Assembly: GCA_964484005.1 (NCBI GenBank)
Contig: CAZADR010000004.1
Span: forward strand, 1 to 60,771
From: an uncultured Candidatus Saccharibacteria bacterium
GTDB taxonomy: Bacteria; Patescibacteriota; Minisyncoccia; Phycocordibacterales; UBA9973
Direction of reading: 5' to 3'
Length of the DNA: 60,771 bases
Shown here: positions 23,373 through 33,186 of the stretch, piece by piece
How positions within the stretch are numbered: position 1 is the stretch's first letter
Layout: each line of letters opens with the position of its first letter
Made by a program: the position numbers and the translations under genes
The notes under the pieces: model-generated
The model's database searches: none
The model's input: the letters and a program-made list of their open reading frames with translations, nothing else
What the model was told of the DNA's origin: nothing

Positions 23373-23390
23373 AACTCCAGTAATATGTTT

Positions 23391-23427
23391 TACCCACCGC
23401 GCTTCGGCTCGGTGGGTATTCTTTTTT
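23391..23427. terminator. Rho-independent terminator
   Basis: TACCCACCG-cgcttcggct-CGGTGGGTA followed by a T-run. Confidence 0.75.
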
Positions 23428-24073
23428 AAAAAGCTTCTAAGAGAAACTCCTCAAAGGCAGACTCGGCATCTTTTCCATTCTTTCTAGCTTCAGGCAAAAG
23501 ATAAGAGATTTTTGAAATAAAACCTTTTAATTGTTCTTCTGAAAATTTATTAAAATTCTTTTTAAGAAGCATATCTTTAATTTTCCAAAACAAAACACCG
23601 ACAATTTCTTCCATTCCTACTCCTAGGTCCATCGCCTGTCTAAAACAAACCCAAGTATTCAATTTATCTTTATTTGCAAAAGCATTAGCCACCAAGAAGT
23701 TATCATATTTTTCTTTCTTTTCTTTGGGTAGCTCAAAAACATTTATTTCTGCACGGGCCTTCTTAAAAGCATCTAAAATTACTTTATTTAATTTACTTTC
23801 TAAAAAAACAAAAGAGTTGTCTGACTCTCCCATTTCCTTTAACTTACTTAGAATAAAAGAGCTATTCTCTTCTCTTTCTAAAATATCTTGAAAAATAAGG
23901 GTGGATAGAGTTGAAAAAAGGCTAGACCCTGAATAAAAATTCTCAACCTGAAAAGGATCAAAATTATTTCGAGTGATAAAAAGCTTCTCTGTATCAACAG
24001 GAATATTCTTTATGAATTTTTCATAATTTAAAATCTTATTTTTAGAATCATCACCGGAAAAAAGATATATCAT
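23426..24073 (-). CDS. DNA polymerase III delta subunit-like (short HolA)
   Basis: 215 aa. The MIYLFSGDD start and the helical C-terminal region (FLVANAFANKD...EEIVGVLFWKIKDML) resemble HolA. The assignment is tentative. Confidence 0.45.
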   Translation of the reverse strand: MIYLFSGDDSKNKILNYEKFIKNIPVDTEKLFITRNNFDPFQVENFYSGSSLFSTLSTLIFQDILEREENSSFILSKLKEMGESDNSFVFLESKLNKVILDAFKKARAEINVFELPKEKKEKYDNFLVANAFANKDKLNTWVCFRQAMDLGVGMEEIVGVLFWKIKDMLLKKNFNKFSEEQLKGFISKISYLLPEARKNGKDAESAFEEFLLEAF

Positions 24074-24085
24074 AAATGCTCGTAA

Positions 24086-24556
24086 TTATAACCTAACAGA
24101 CTTTTTATATTCAGAATAAGGGGCACCATACCTCTCTTCTAATATTTTTTCTTGTTTATTTAAAAAAGTAAACTTGGTTAAAATAAAAGAAATAATTGAA
24201 AACAAAATCACAAAAAATGCATTAATAACCATCCCAAAACCAAGCATTAATAAAAACAAACCCCAGTGGGTAGGGCTGCGAGTATAGCGATATGGACCTC
24301 GGGAAAAAGTCTCCTTAGTTATATTTTCCTTATTCATGGTATGAGAAGTATGTTGCGCCCAAAAGATCAAAAGAGTAGCTAATATCAAAAAGATAAAACC
24401 AAAATAAGAAATCCAAGGATTACTAAAAATCTTAATTCTTAAAAAGAAATCCAAACAAACACCAATTAAAAAAAATAGAAAATTTACATAATAAGAGTGG
24501 GCTAAAACCCGATGTACGGTATTTTTAAGAGGGTGATTTGTGTCATTACTTTCCAT
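24086..24556 (-). CDS. Isoprenylcysteine carboxyl methyltransferase (ICMT/PEMT) family membrane protein
   Basis: Multi-TM protein with the GPYRYTRSPTHWGLFLLMLG motif. Confidence 0.7.
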   Translation of the reverse strand: MESNDTNHPLKNTVHRVLAHSYYVNFLFFLIGVCLDFFLRIKIFSNPWISYFGFIFLILATLLIFWAQHTSHTMNKENITKETFSRGPYRYTRSPTHWGLFLLMLGFGMVINAFFVILFSIISFILTKFTFLNKQEKILEERYGAPYSEYKKSVRL

Positions 24557-24578
24557 ACTACCATTGTAGCATAAAATG

Positions 24579-27026
24579 CTATTTTACCTCCCCAAAATTG
24601 TCACCAAATCCTGAATGAACCAAGAGCGGTATGTCTGTCTTATAGTGTAAATATGACCTTAACAAAACACCCTCCATGGCATTCTTAATTATTTCATCAG
24701 CCTGTTTTAACACACTTTCCTCTATCTCATAGACTAACTCATCGTGTATCTGGAGCACCAAGTGAGCTTTTAATAGCAACCCTTCTTTCTCTAAATCTTC
24801 TTCTGTATATCTTATCGCGAGTTTTATTATATCTGCAGCGGTCCCCTGAATAGATGCATTAGTGGCTGTGCGCTCCGCCATATTTTTCAAAAAAGGAATT
24901 CTAGAATTAATATTAGGAAAATATCTCCTACGACCAAATAATGTTTCGGTAAAATAGTTTTTTGTAGCAAGGATTTTTACCTCATTTAAATAATCTCGTA
25001 CTCCAAAAAATTGATTAAAATAATTATCATAAAATTTTTGAGCTTCCTCACGAGTACCTCCAATGTTTTTACGCAAAGCTGAAACCCCCATCCCATAAAT
25101 AATTCCAAAATTTATGACCTTTGCTTTGCGTCGCATCTCGCTGTCTACTTTTTCTACTGGAACATCAAAAACAAAAGAGGCTACACCTGTATGAATATCT
25201 TTTTTGTCTCGAAAAACTTGAGTCATTTTTTTATCACCGGAAAGCATGGCAGCTACACGAAGCTCAATCTGACTATAATCAAAAGCAGAGAGTTTGTATC
25301 CACTTTGGGCAACAAAACCATTTCTTATTTTTTTTCCAAGCTCTGTTTTTATTGGTAGATTTTGCAAATTTGGATCTTGCGAAGAAAACCTTCCCGTAGT
25401 TGTATTGTTTTGCAAAAACCTTGCGTGTAATCTCCCGTCATCGCCTGCCATCTTGGGGATAACATCTATATAAGTAGATAATAGCTTTTGAAGCTCCCGA
25501 TAAGCCATTATTTCTCTGATTATTTCATTGTCTTCTTCTAGCTCTTCCAAGACTGACACCTTAGTAGAAAAAGAACCACTAGCATTTTTTTTCTTGCTGG
25601 ACTTGAGTCCAAGCTTATTAAAAAGTATCTCCCCCAATTGTTTAGGTGAATTTATATTAAATTCTTCCCCCGCCATTTTGTATATTTTTTTTGTAAGAAT
25701 ATCTAGCTCGGTGTGATATTCTTCAGATAATTTTTGAAAATATTTTTTATCTATTAAAATTCCGTGATCTTCCATTTTTTTAACTATAGAAATGATGGGC
25801 TTTTCTATTTCTTCATATACTTTGTCTAATTTTTTCTCTTTTAATTCTTTTAAGATATATTCGTATGCAACATCAAAAGAATCTGTCTTGGCAAACATTA
25901 AAATATCTTCCAATTGAGGATTTGATATATCGGAGTTAATAAGCCAAAGTGCGATACTCGCCTCTTGGAGTTTTTCCTGAGAAATTTGGGAAAGCAAAAT
26001 TTTGTCGGGTCCTCGGATCTCCGGGTCCCCTACCCCGGCCAGACCAGCTCCAAAACTTTCTTTCCCAACTTTCTCCCCAACATTATTTCCATGTTCAGGA
26101 GGATTTTGACCATTTCCAAAAAAACTTTTTAATCTTGCAAACAAACTCCTAAATTCAAAATTTATAAAAGTTTGCTCAATCTTTTTAAAATCAGCATTTT
26201 CCCAAAAAGTCTTTTCTGGTAAGGTAAAATCTATTGGTGCATCAGTCCGGATAGTGGCCAATGTCTTGGAAAACATTGCTTCTTCTTCATTGTTTTTTAA
26301 AAGCTCAATCATCCTAGGACTTATACCAGCTTTTTTAAAAGCCTCTTCGTCTTTCTTTATTTTTTTATATATCTCCTCTATGGTCCCAAAATTAGTAATC
26401 AGGTTTTCAGCTGTCTTTTCACCAATGCCTTTTATGCCAATAATATTGTCTGATGGGTCTCCTCTCAAGCCCTTATAGTCTGGTAAAAGCTTCGGCTTAA
26501 AATGAAACCTCTCCAGCACTGCATCTTCATCGTATAAAATCGTGTCATTGATTCCTTTCTTTAAAGTATAAACTTGAACTCTTTTATCATCTATCAATTG
26601 CATAGTGTCCATGTCTCCTGAAGCAATTATAATATTTAGGTCTTTGTCTTTTTTATATTTTTCAACGATTGTTCCTAGAATATCATCAGCCTCAAAACCT
26701 GGAGCATCATAAATAGGAATATCAAAACATTCAAAAATCTGTCGAGAACTTTTTAATTGAGAGATTAGTGCTTCATCAGCTTTTGCCCGACCAGCTTTGT
26801 ATGCACCATAAGCTTCGTGGCGAAAAGTTTTTTGAGGTAAATCGTAACAAGCGACGATATAATCTGGGTGAAGCTCGGCTATTATTTTCATCAACATACT
26901 CGAAAGACCGTAGAGAGCCCCAGTAGGCTCTCCTTTTGAAGACAAAAACTCAGGCAGTGCATGATAAGCACGATGTATAATCGCATGAGCATCTAGTAAA
27001 ACCAATGTTTTCTTTCCTTTAGGCAT
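24579..27026 (-). CDS. polA: DNA polymerase I (5'-3' exonuclease + polymerase domains)
   Basis: LLDAHAIIHRAYHA..., ...GIKGIGEKTA..., ...DYSQIELRV..., ...KVINFGIIYGM..., ...LQIHDELV.... Carries a GC-rich insert at 26008..26045. Confidence 0.95.
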   Translation of the reverse strand: MPKGKKTLVLLDAHAIIHRAYHALPEFLSSKGEPTGALYGLSSMLMKIIAELHPDYIVACYDLPQKTFRHEAYGAYKAGRAKADEALISQLKSSRQIFECFDIPIYDAPGFEADDILGTIVEKYKKDKDLNIIIASGDMDTMQLIDDKRVQVYTLKKGINDTILYDEDAVLERFHFKPKLLPDYKGLRGDPSDNIIGIKGIGEKTAENLITNFGTIEEIYKKIKKDEEAFKKAGISPRMIELLKNNEEEAMFSKTLATIRTDAPIDFTLPEKTFWENADFKKIEQTFINFEFRSLFARLKSFFGNGQNPPEHGNNVGEKVGKESFGAGLAGVGDPEIRGPDKILLSQISQEKLQEASIALWLINSDISNPQLEDILMFAKTDSFDVAYEYILKELKEKKLDKVYEEIEKPIISIVKKMEDHGILIDKKYFQKLSEEYHTELDILTKKIYKMAGEEFNINSPKQLGEILFNKLGLKSSKKKNASGSFSTKVSVLEELEEDNEIIREIMAYRELQKLLSTYIDVIPKMAGDDGRLHARFLQNNTTTGRFSSQDPNLQNLPIKTELGKKIRNGFVAQSGYKLSAFDYSQIELRVAAMLSGDKKMTQVFRDKKDIHTGVASFVFDVPVEKVDSEMRRKAKVINFGIIYGMGVSALRKNIGGTREEAQKFYDNYFNQFFGVRDYLNEVKILATKNYFTETLFGRRRYFPNINSRIPFLKNMAERTATNASIQGTAADIIKLAIRYTEEDLEKEGLLLKAHLVLQIHDELVYEIEESVLKQADEIIKNAMEGVLLRSYLHYKTDIPLLVHSGFGDNFGEVK
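26008..26045. repeat. ~37-nt GC-rich hairpin element inside polA
   Basis: GGTCCTCGGATCTCCGGGTCCCCTACCCCGGCCAGACC, translated as GLAGVGDPEIRGP. Relative to the uvrC copy, one stem base pair is swapped in a compensatory way (G-C to C-G). Confidence 0.85.
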
Positions 27027-27062
27027 TAATCTAATTATATCATTTTAAGGATTTTGATACTT

Positions 27063-27521
27063 TTATTTAAATTTGAGTTTTCGATACTCATTTTTAGTAT
27101 GAGAAATATAGATATATCTAGAGCCTTTTGGAATAACTTTTGAAACATTTTCAGGCCACTCAATAAAAACTAGGTGTTCTTTGTTTCCAATAATGTCTTC
27201 CCATCCTAAAAAAAGTAATTCTTTTTCATTCTTCAGACGATATGCATCTAGGTGAAACAAAAACTTATATCCCTTAAGATTTTTAATCTTATACTTTTTC
27301 ATGATTACAAAAGTTGGGCTGGTTATTTTGTTTTTTATATTAAGGTGCCTAGCGACAGATTGAACAAAGGTGGTCTTGCCAGTACCAAGGTCTCCAGACA
27401 TGCCGACCACCAAGGCTTTTCTTTTTGGAAGGTGTTTTTTTATTATTTCAGCCAAAAACAGCTCGGCTGTTTCGGCCATTTCTTTTTTATTTTTTATAAT
27501 TTTTACCGTCTTCTTTACCAT
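27063..27521 (-). CDS. tsaE: tRNA t6A37 biosynthesis ATPase TsaE
   Basis: MSGDLGTGKTTFVQSVARHL...FHLDAYRL. Confidence 0.85.
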   Translation of the reverse strand: MVKKTVKIIKNKKEMAETAELFLAEIIKKHLPKRKALVVGMSGDLGTGKTTFVQSVARHLNIKNKITSPTFVIMKKYKIKNLKGYKFLFHLDAYRLKNEKELLFLGWEDIIGNKEHLVFIEWPENVSKVIPKGSRYIYISHTKNEYRKLKFK

Positions 27522-27539
27522 ATGGTATACTTTATCATA

Positions 27540-29237
27540 ATGGCCTTATTTGACGAAGAAAAACAAAACAAGAAACTAGAAGACCTAAGAAAGCAAGAAG
27601 AGGAAGAGCTGGTTGCCACTTTGGCAGAAGAAAAATATGGTCTTCCTTATATTGACTTATATCGTCTAGGTATAGACAACGAAGCCCTTCGAGCAATTTC
27701 TGAAAAGGATTCAAGAGAGATGAATGTGGCACCATTTAAGCTTTTTGGTAAAAATATATTTATCGCAGTACATTCCCCCTCAGACAGTCTTTTCTTAAGA
27801 CTAAAAGAAGAAATGCAAAGGAGGAATTTGACTCCCACTTTTTATATGGCTTCTACTGCCAGCATAAATAAAGTCTGGGAAAGATATAAAGAAATATCAA
27901 TGGCAGAAAGTTCTCAAATTGGAGGAATAGATATTTCAGGAGATGTTTTAAAAGAAACCGCAAAAAAAATAGAAAAAATCCAAGACATACAGAAAATGGT
28001 AGAGGAGGCCTTGGAGGGAAACAAAATACATAAGATTTCTCGTTTACTCGAAATAATTCTCGCTGGAGCGATAGCAATTAAAGCTTCGGACATACACATC
28101 GAACCTGAAAAGGAACGCGGAAGATTGAGACTTCGCTTGGACGGCGTATTGCAAGATGTAAACTTTTTTGGAATTGATGTTTATAAATTATTAAATTCCC
28201 GCATCAAACTTTTATCTGGAATGAAACTGACTTCAACCATAGCTCAAGATGGACGCTTTAGTATTATGGAAGACGAAGAAGAGTTAAGTATACGTACTTC
28301 TTTAATTCCAGGAGCATATGGGGAGTCGATAGTGATGCGTATTCTCGACCCTAAATCTATTCAAGTCAAACTCGAAGAAATAGGAATAGAATCTTATTTA
28401 TTTTCAATAATAGAAGAAGAAATAAAAAAACCAAACGGTATGATTTTGGAAACTGGTCCAACTGGCTCAGGAAAGACTACATCTTTGTATGCTTTTTTGC
28501 GAAAAATATATTCTCCAGAAATTAAAATAATAACTATTGAAGATCCAATCGAATATCACTTACCTGGAATTACTCAAACTCAAACAAATGAACAGCGTGG
28601 ATACACTTTTGCGGAAGGACTCAAGTCCGCCCTGCGCCAAGACCCCGATGTAGTAATGGTCGGAGAAATTCGAGACAAAGAAACTGCGGAAACAGCAGTA
28701 CAAGCAGCCCTCACGGGACACATTGTATTTTCAACTTTACACACAAATAATGCAGCTGGAGTCATCCCCCGTTTGATAGATCTTGGAGTAAACTCAAAGA
28801 TATTGGCTTCAGCTCTTTCTCTTTCAATCGCCCAGCGTCTTGTGCGTAAACTTTGTGTGGCGTGTAAAAAAGAAATTGATGCAACCCCTGAACAAACCCG
28901 TGTCTTTGAAATAATTCTCGACGGAATGAAAGCGGAAGGAAAAAATATTGAAAATTATAAAATACAATCAAACCCACCGTTTAAACTTTTTAATGCTGTA
29001 GGTTGTGAAAAATGCAATCTTACTGGCTACAAGGGCCGAATAGGTATCTTTGAAGCAATTAAAACAGATGAAGCAATAGAAAAAATAATGCCAGAAAACC
29101 CAAGTGAACGTGAAATCAAAAAAGTAGCTAGTACTCAAGGAATACTCTCTATGCGTCAAGATGGCTTGGTAAAAATGTTAAATGGAATTACTTCTTTTGA
29201 AGAAGTGCAAAGTGTGGTGGATCTAAGTGAGGAATAA
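27540..29237 (+). CDS. GspE/PilB-family secretion/type IV pilus assembly ATPase
   Basis: The start is taken at MALFDEEKQ; the ORF-track start at 27252 is antisense to tsaE. GPTGSGKTTSL, VMVGEIRD, GHIVFSTLHTNNA, and a tetracysteine segment (CVACKKE...CEKCNLTGYKGR). Confidence 0.9.
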   Translation: MALFDEEKQNKKLEDLRKQEEEELVATLAEEKYGLPYIDLYRLGIDNEALRAISEKDSREMNVAPFKLFGKNIFIAVHSPSDSLFLRLKEEMQRRNLTPTFYMASTASINKVWERYKEISMAESSQIGGIDISGDVLKETAKKIEKIQDIQKMVEEALEGNKIHKISRLLEIILAGAIAIKASDIHIEPEKERGRLRLRLDGVLQDVNFFGIDVYKLLNSRIKLLSGMKLTSTIAQDGRFSIMEDEEELSIRTSLIPGAYGESIVMRILDPKSIQVKLEEIGIESYLFSIIEEEIKKPNGMILETGPTGSGKTTSLYAFLRKIYSPEIKIITIEDPIEYHLPGITQTQTNEQRGYTFAEGLKSALRQDPDVVMVGEIRDKETAETAVQAALTGHIVFSTLHTNNAAGVIPRLIDLGVNSKILASALSLSIAQRLVRKLCVACKKEIDATPEQTRVFEIILDGMKAEGKNIENYKIQSNPPFKLFNAVGCEKCNLTGYKGRIGIFEAIKTDEAIEKIMPENPSEREIKKVASTQGILSMRQDGLVKMLNGITSFEEVQSVVDLSEE

Positions 29238-29254
29238 TTTCCCCAAATAAAAAA

Positions 29255-29397
29255 GCATTAATCTCTAAACAATCCTTTTGGAGCTGGGCCCCAAGAGTAA
29301 CAAGATATTATAGGATAGTTCCAGTGGTCTATAAATAGAACCAAAACGTCCTATGCAAAATCGTATAACCTATGGCTGATTGCTTAGAGATTAATGC
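29255..29397. other. 143-nt element closed by a 20-bp stem (candidate structured RNA or MITE-like element)
   Basis: GCATTAATCTCTAAACAATC (29255..29274) pairs with GATTGCTTAGAGATTAATGC (29378..29397) with one mismatch. Inner pairings TTTTGG/CCAAAA and ATAGGAT/GTCCTAT. Confidence 0.3.
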
Positions 29398-29538
29398 CTT
29401 CTTGACACAAATCTCCTAAAATAACTTCTAGACAATTATACTATATGGGAAGAGCAACAAGTGCTATAATGTGCATAGCTATGTTGATACCGTGTTGATA
29501 AATGTACTACTTATACAGTATAGCATAATATAAAACCA

Positions 29539-30615
29539 ATGTCAAGTAAAAAGGAAAAAGAAATAGCTTCTACTGGGGTTGAAAAAGTCTCAAGTGTTGA
29601 TGATTCTTTTTTAGATCAAACTCTCCGCCCTACTCGCTGGGACGAGTATATAGGCCAAAAACACATAAAAGACAACGTTAAAATCCTTTTACGAGCAGCA
29701 GAAGAGCGTGGACACATACCTGAGCATATTCTTTTCTATGGTCCTCCGGGACTGGGGAAAACTACCCTTGCCCACCTGATAGCCAAGGAGACAGGTAGAC
29801 AAATGAAGATAACCTCGGGACCAGCTATTGAAAAAGTTGGAGACCTAGCCTCTATCCTCACAAATTTAGCATCCGGAGATATTCTTTTTATAGACGAAAT
29901 TCACAGACTTAATAAAATGGTGGAGGAAATACTCTATCCAGCTATGGAATCTGGTGTTTTGGATATTATTATCGGCAAGGGCCCCTCGGCTCGTACCATC
30001 CAGCTCGACCTACCTCCTTTTACTCTGATAGCGGCCACCACTCGTGTATCTCTAGTCTCTTCCCCTCTCCGCTCTAGATTTTCAGGAGGAGTTTTTCGTT
30101 TGGAGTTTTATTCCAATGAAGAAATTGCAAAAATAATAGAACGCTCCAGTAAACTTTTAAAAACAGAATTGGAAAGTGAAGCTTTAAAAGAAATCGCCAA
30201 GAGAAGCAGATTTACTCCCCGCACTGCTAATTACTTTTTGAAACGCTGTAGAGATTTTGCTCAAGTTCACCCCGAAGGAAAGCAAGCTTCCTACGGGGCA
30301 GGCAAAAAAATCATTGATAAGAAAATGGCAATGGGGGCATTAAATCTGCTCGCCATTGATGACATCGGCCTAAACTCTTCTGATAGAAAGTTTTTGGAAA
30401 TATTGATAGATAAATTTAATGGTGGACCAGTAGGCCTAAAAACTATTGCAGCCGCCATGTCTGAAGAAGAAGCTACTGTGGAAGAGGTAGTGGAGCCGTA
30501 TCTTATCCAGCTCGGCCTCCTAGAACGCTCCCCTCGCGGACGAATTGCTACTCCGAAGGCATATGAACACCTAGACTTTGAACTACCAAAAGATAAACAG
30601 AAAAATTTAATTTAA
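29539..30615 (+). CDS. ruvB: Holliday junction DNA helicase RuvB
   Basis: LRPTRWDEYIGQ..., GPPGLGKTTLA, LFIDEIHRL, ...VEPYLIQLGLLERSPRGR. Confidence 0.95.
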   Translation: MSSKKEKEIASTGVEKVSSVDDSFLDQTLRPTRWDEYIGQKHIKDNVKILLRAAEERGHIPEHILFYGPPGLGKTTLAHLIAKETGRQMKITSGPAIEKVGDLASILTNLASGDILFIDEIHRLNKMVEEILYPAMESGVLDIIIGKGPSARTIQLDLPPFTLIAATTRVSLVSSPLRSRFSGGVFRLEFYSNEEIAKIIERSSKLLKTELESEALKEIAKRSRFTPRTANYFLKRCRDFAQVHPEGKQASYGAGKKIIDKKMAMGALNLLAIDDIGLNSSDRKFLEILIDKFNGGPVGLKTIAAAMSEEEATVEEVVEPYLIQLGLLERSPRGRIATPKAYEHLDFELPKDKQKNLI

Positions 30616-30619
30616 ACTT

Positions 30620-31156
30620 ATGTCAGGACACAATAAGTGGGCGCAGATAAAACACAAGAAAGCGATTACGGATTCTAAAAAGAGTAAGATTTTTTCAAAA
30701 CTTGTACGTTTTATTTCCGTAGAAGCAAAACTCTCTGGTGGAAAAGAATCTCCTGGCCTTCGTGCAGCTATTGAAAAAGCCAAAAAAGTAAATATGCCAG
30801 CAGACAATATTGAAAGAGCTATCAAGAAAGCGAGTGAGCCTGGGGCACACATGGATGCCATCCATTACGAAGCCCACGGCCCAGGTGGAGCAGGAATAAT
30901 TATTGAGACCTTAACTGAAAATAAAAATAGAGTGGTACAAGACATAAAACATATTTTAGTAAAAAATGGTTTTTCCCTAGGGGCCATCGGCTCTGTGACT
31001 TGGGCTTTTCAAAAAGAAATAACTCCTGAAGGATTAATCTGGAAGCCAACGACGACTGTCCCCCTTTCAGATGCTGACTTGGAGCTTTTAGATAAACTAA
31101 TAGAAGAAATAGAAGAAAATGATGATGTGCAGGATGTATATACTAATGCGGAATAG
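30620..31156 (+). CDS. YebC/PmpR-family protein (short, 178 aa)
   Basis: MSGHNKWAQIKHKKAITDSKKSKIFSKL... is the canonical YebC N-terminus. Confidence 0.85.
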   Translation: MSGHNKWAQIKHKKAITDSKKSKIFSKLVRFISVEAKLSGGKESPGLRAAIEKAKKVNMPADNIERAIKKASEPGAHMDAIHYEAHGPGGAGIIIETLTENKNRVVQDIKHILVKNGFSLGAIGSVTWAFQKEITPEGLIWKPTTTVPLSDADLELLDKLIEEIEENDDVQDVYTNAE

Positions 31157-31162
31157 TGTTAA

Positions 31163-31204
31163 ACCCCCACACCTATTCTTTTGCTTTAAAATAGGTGTGG
31201 GGGT
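31163..31204 (+). repeat. Conserved hairpin element, copy 2
   Basis: ACCCCCACACCTATT-cttttgctttaa-AATAGGTGTGGGGGT. The stem sequence matches copy 1 and the loop is similar. Confidence 0.85.
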
Positions 31205-31215
31205 AAACTCTTATT

Positions 31216-31695
31216 ATGATAATTTTAGGAATTGATCCAGGATTTGAAAGACTTGGAATAGCAATATTGGAAAAGAACAAAGGTGATAAAAAGGAAAAGG
31301 TGATTTTTTCTGAGTGTTTTAAAACTTCTGCAAAATTAGAATTCTCTGAAAGACTAAATTTAATCGGAGAAAGAGTCCGAGAAATAATAAAGAAATATAA
31401 ACCAGAAGTTTTATCTATTGAAACTTTATTTTTAACCACAAACCACAAAACAGTGATGCATGTCGCCGAAGCACGAGGAGTAGTAATCTACGAAGCATCA
31501 CGCGCGCATCTTAAAATCTTTGAAGCTTCCCCTCCACAAATTAAAATAGCCACCACTGGCTATGGAAAAGCCAGTAAAGAACAAATAATAAAAATGGTAA
31601 AAATCCTAGTTGATATAGATAAATCCAAAAAGTCAGATGACGAATTGGATGCTATTGCTATAGCTATTACAGCTTTTGCTCATATAAGACTTTAG
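31216..31695 (+). CDS. ruvC: Crossover junction endodeoxyribonuclease RuvC
   Basis: MIILGIDPGFERLGIAIL...ELDAIAIAI. Confidence 0.9.
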   Translation: MIILGIDPGFERLGIAILEKNKGDKKEKVIFSECFKTSAKLEFSERLNLIGERVREIIKKYKPEVLSIETLFLTTNHKTVMHVAEARGVVIYEASRAHLKIFEASPPQIKIATTGYGKASKEQIIKMVKILVDIDKSKKSDDELDAIAIAITAFAHIRL

Positions 31696-31785
31696 ACTTA
31701 TCCACACATTCTATTGCCAAGACTTTTAGATTTTGTTACAAAGTAAGAAATTATTAATGTGCACTTAATATATAAATAAATATAT

Positions 31786-31905
31786 ATGGACGAAGAAGAA
31801 GATTTAGATGCAGCTGGTTTTAAAATTGATGGAGAAGAAGATGCAGATTTGGATATCCCAGAAGGTTTTGAATTAGACGAAGAAGACCCAGATAAAGATC
31901 ATTAA
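31786..31905 (+). CDS. Possible small acidic protein (39 aa)
   Basis: MDEEEDLDAAGFKIDGEEDADLDIPEGFELDEEDPDKDH. Followed by the terminator at 31911..31945 and below the ORF-track cutoff. Confidence 0.3.
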   Translation: MDEEEDLDAAGFKIDGEEDADLDIPEGFELDEEDPDKDH

Positions 31906-31910
31906 TAACA

Positions 31911-31945
31911 AAAACACCCTGATATTGAATCAGGGTGTTTTTGTT
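31911..31945. terminator. Bidirectional rho-independent terminator
   Basis: CACCCTGA-tattgaa-TCAGGGTG flanked by an A-run and a T-run. Confidence 0.75.
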
Positions 31946-33166
31946 TTATTTCTTTATTATTTTTACAAATCTTTTTTTACCAATTTTGAGAATTAAGTTT
32001 TCAGAAACTTTTAGATTTATTTCTGTAATATTTTTATTGTTTACCAAGTCATGCACAGCATTCTCTAAAACCAATCTTCGCCACTCCCCTTTGGAAGCCA
32101 GTATTTTGTTTTTTACTAAGGCTTCACTTAATATTTCTCCATCTTCACACTTTATTTCTTCCATCTCCTCTGGAATTTCTTTTTTTTGAAAAGTATTTAT
32201 AAAATTCTCCTCTGCCTCTTTGGCTTTTTTTTCGTTAAAAATTATTTTTATAATTTCTGTAGCGGTTTTCTTTTTTGCTTCAAGTGGACCCAATTTAATT
32301 ATTTCCATTATTTCTTCTTTTGAAACTCTAGTACAATTTACAAGAAGAACTTCAGTCATCTCGTCTGGTTGAGCCATTATAGCGCCAAACATTTCTGACG
32401 GAGTGGTATTTAAAAATACTCCAGTACCTCTGCTTTTTGACATTAATTCTCTTGTTTTTGGGTTCTCCATTAAATTAACCGCAACAACAAATTTTTCTTT
32501 GTTTTTAAGTTTACGTAAAAGAGTGCGCCCCATGAGAGCATTAAATATCTGGTCTGTTCCGCACAACTCTGCATCAACTTCCATGGCGACAGAATCGTAT
32601 CCTTGCATAAGTGGGTATAAAAATTCATGCAAAAATATATGTTTTCCTTCCTTCATTCTTTTCTGAAACATATCTCTCTCAATCATCTGTCCCACTGTAA
32701 TGTGCGAAGAGAGCTCTAACACTTCTTCCATTGTCATCTTAGCCAACCACTTACTGTTAAAAAGTACTTTTGGTGGATTTTCTTTATTATTAAAATCCAT
32801 TAAATTTTTTATTTGTGTTTTCCAGCTTTTTACATTTTGTAAAATATCTTTTGCTGAAAGAATCTTACGGGTTCCTATTTGATCAGATGGATCCCCTATC
32901 CGAGCTGTAAAATCCCCAAAAAGCAAAATTGCTTCATGTCCTAATTTTCTAAATTCTTCTAAAAGAATTATGTTTTTTGCATGGCTTAAATGAAGAGTGT
33001 CGGCAGTTGCATCAAATCCTATGTAAATTTTTATTCTTCTGCCAGACATTAGAAGTTTTTTAAAATCTTCTCTTGTGGGCAAAATATTTACTATAACTCC
33101 TCGGCTCAAAACTGCATCTATTTTAGATTCATCTATTATCACTTTCATGCTCGAATAATACCACAT
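31946..33166 (-). CDS. tyrS: Tyrosyl-tRNA synthetase (class I, with S4-like C-terminal domain)
   Basis: HIGH-like LHLSHA, KMSKS-like LMSKSRG, and a C-terminal SKGEWRRLVLENAV segment (S4-like). An alternative start lies at 33148. Confidence 0.8.
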   Translation of the reverse strand: MWYYSSMKVIIDESKIDAVLSRGVIVNILPTREDFKKLLMSGRRIKIYIGFDATADTLHLSHAKNIILLEEFRKLGHEAILLFGDFTARIGDPSDQIGTRKILSAKDILQNVKSWKTQIKNLMDFNNKENPPKVLFNSKWLAKMTMEEVLELSSHITVGQMIERDMFQKRMKEGKHIFLHEFLYPLMQGYDSVAMEVDAELCGTDQIFNALMGRTLLRKLKNKEKFVVAVNLMENPKTRELMSKSRGTGVFLNTTPSEMFGAIMAQPDEMTEVLLVNCTRVSKEEIMEIIKLGPLEAKKKTATEIIKIIFNEKKAKEAEENFINTFQKKEIPEEMEEIKCEDGEILSEALVKNKILASKGEWRRLVLENAVHDLVNNKNITEINLKVSENLILKIGKKRFVKIIKK

Positions 33167-33186
33167 TTTCTGCTATAATTCGAACA

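Noticed and set aside
27252-27539. N-terminal 96 codons of the ORF-track model for the PilB-like ATPase
   Set aside because: This stretch is antisense to tsaE and has no similarity to GspE/PilB N-termini. The ATG at 27540 (MALFDEEKQ...) gives a sensible divergent arrangement.
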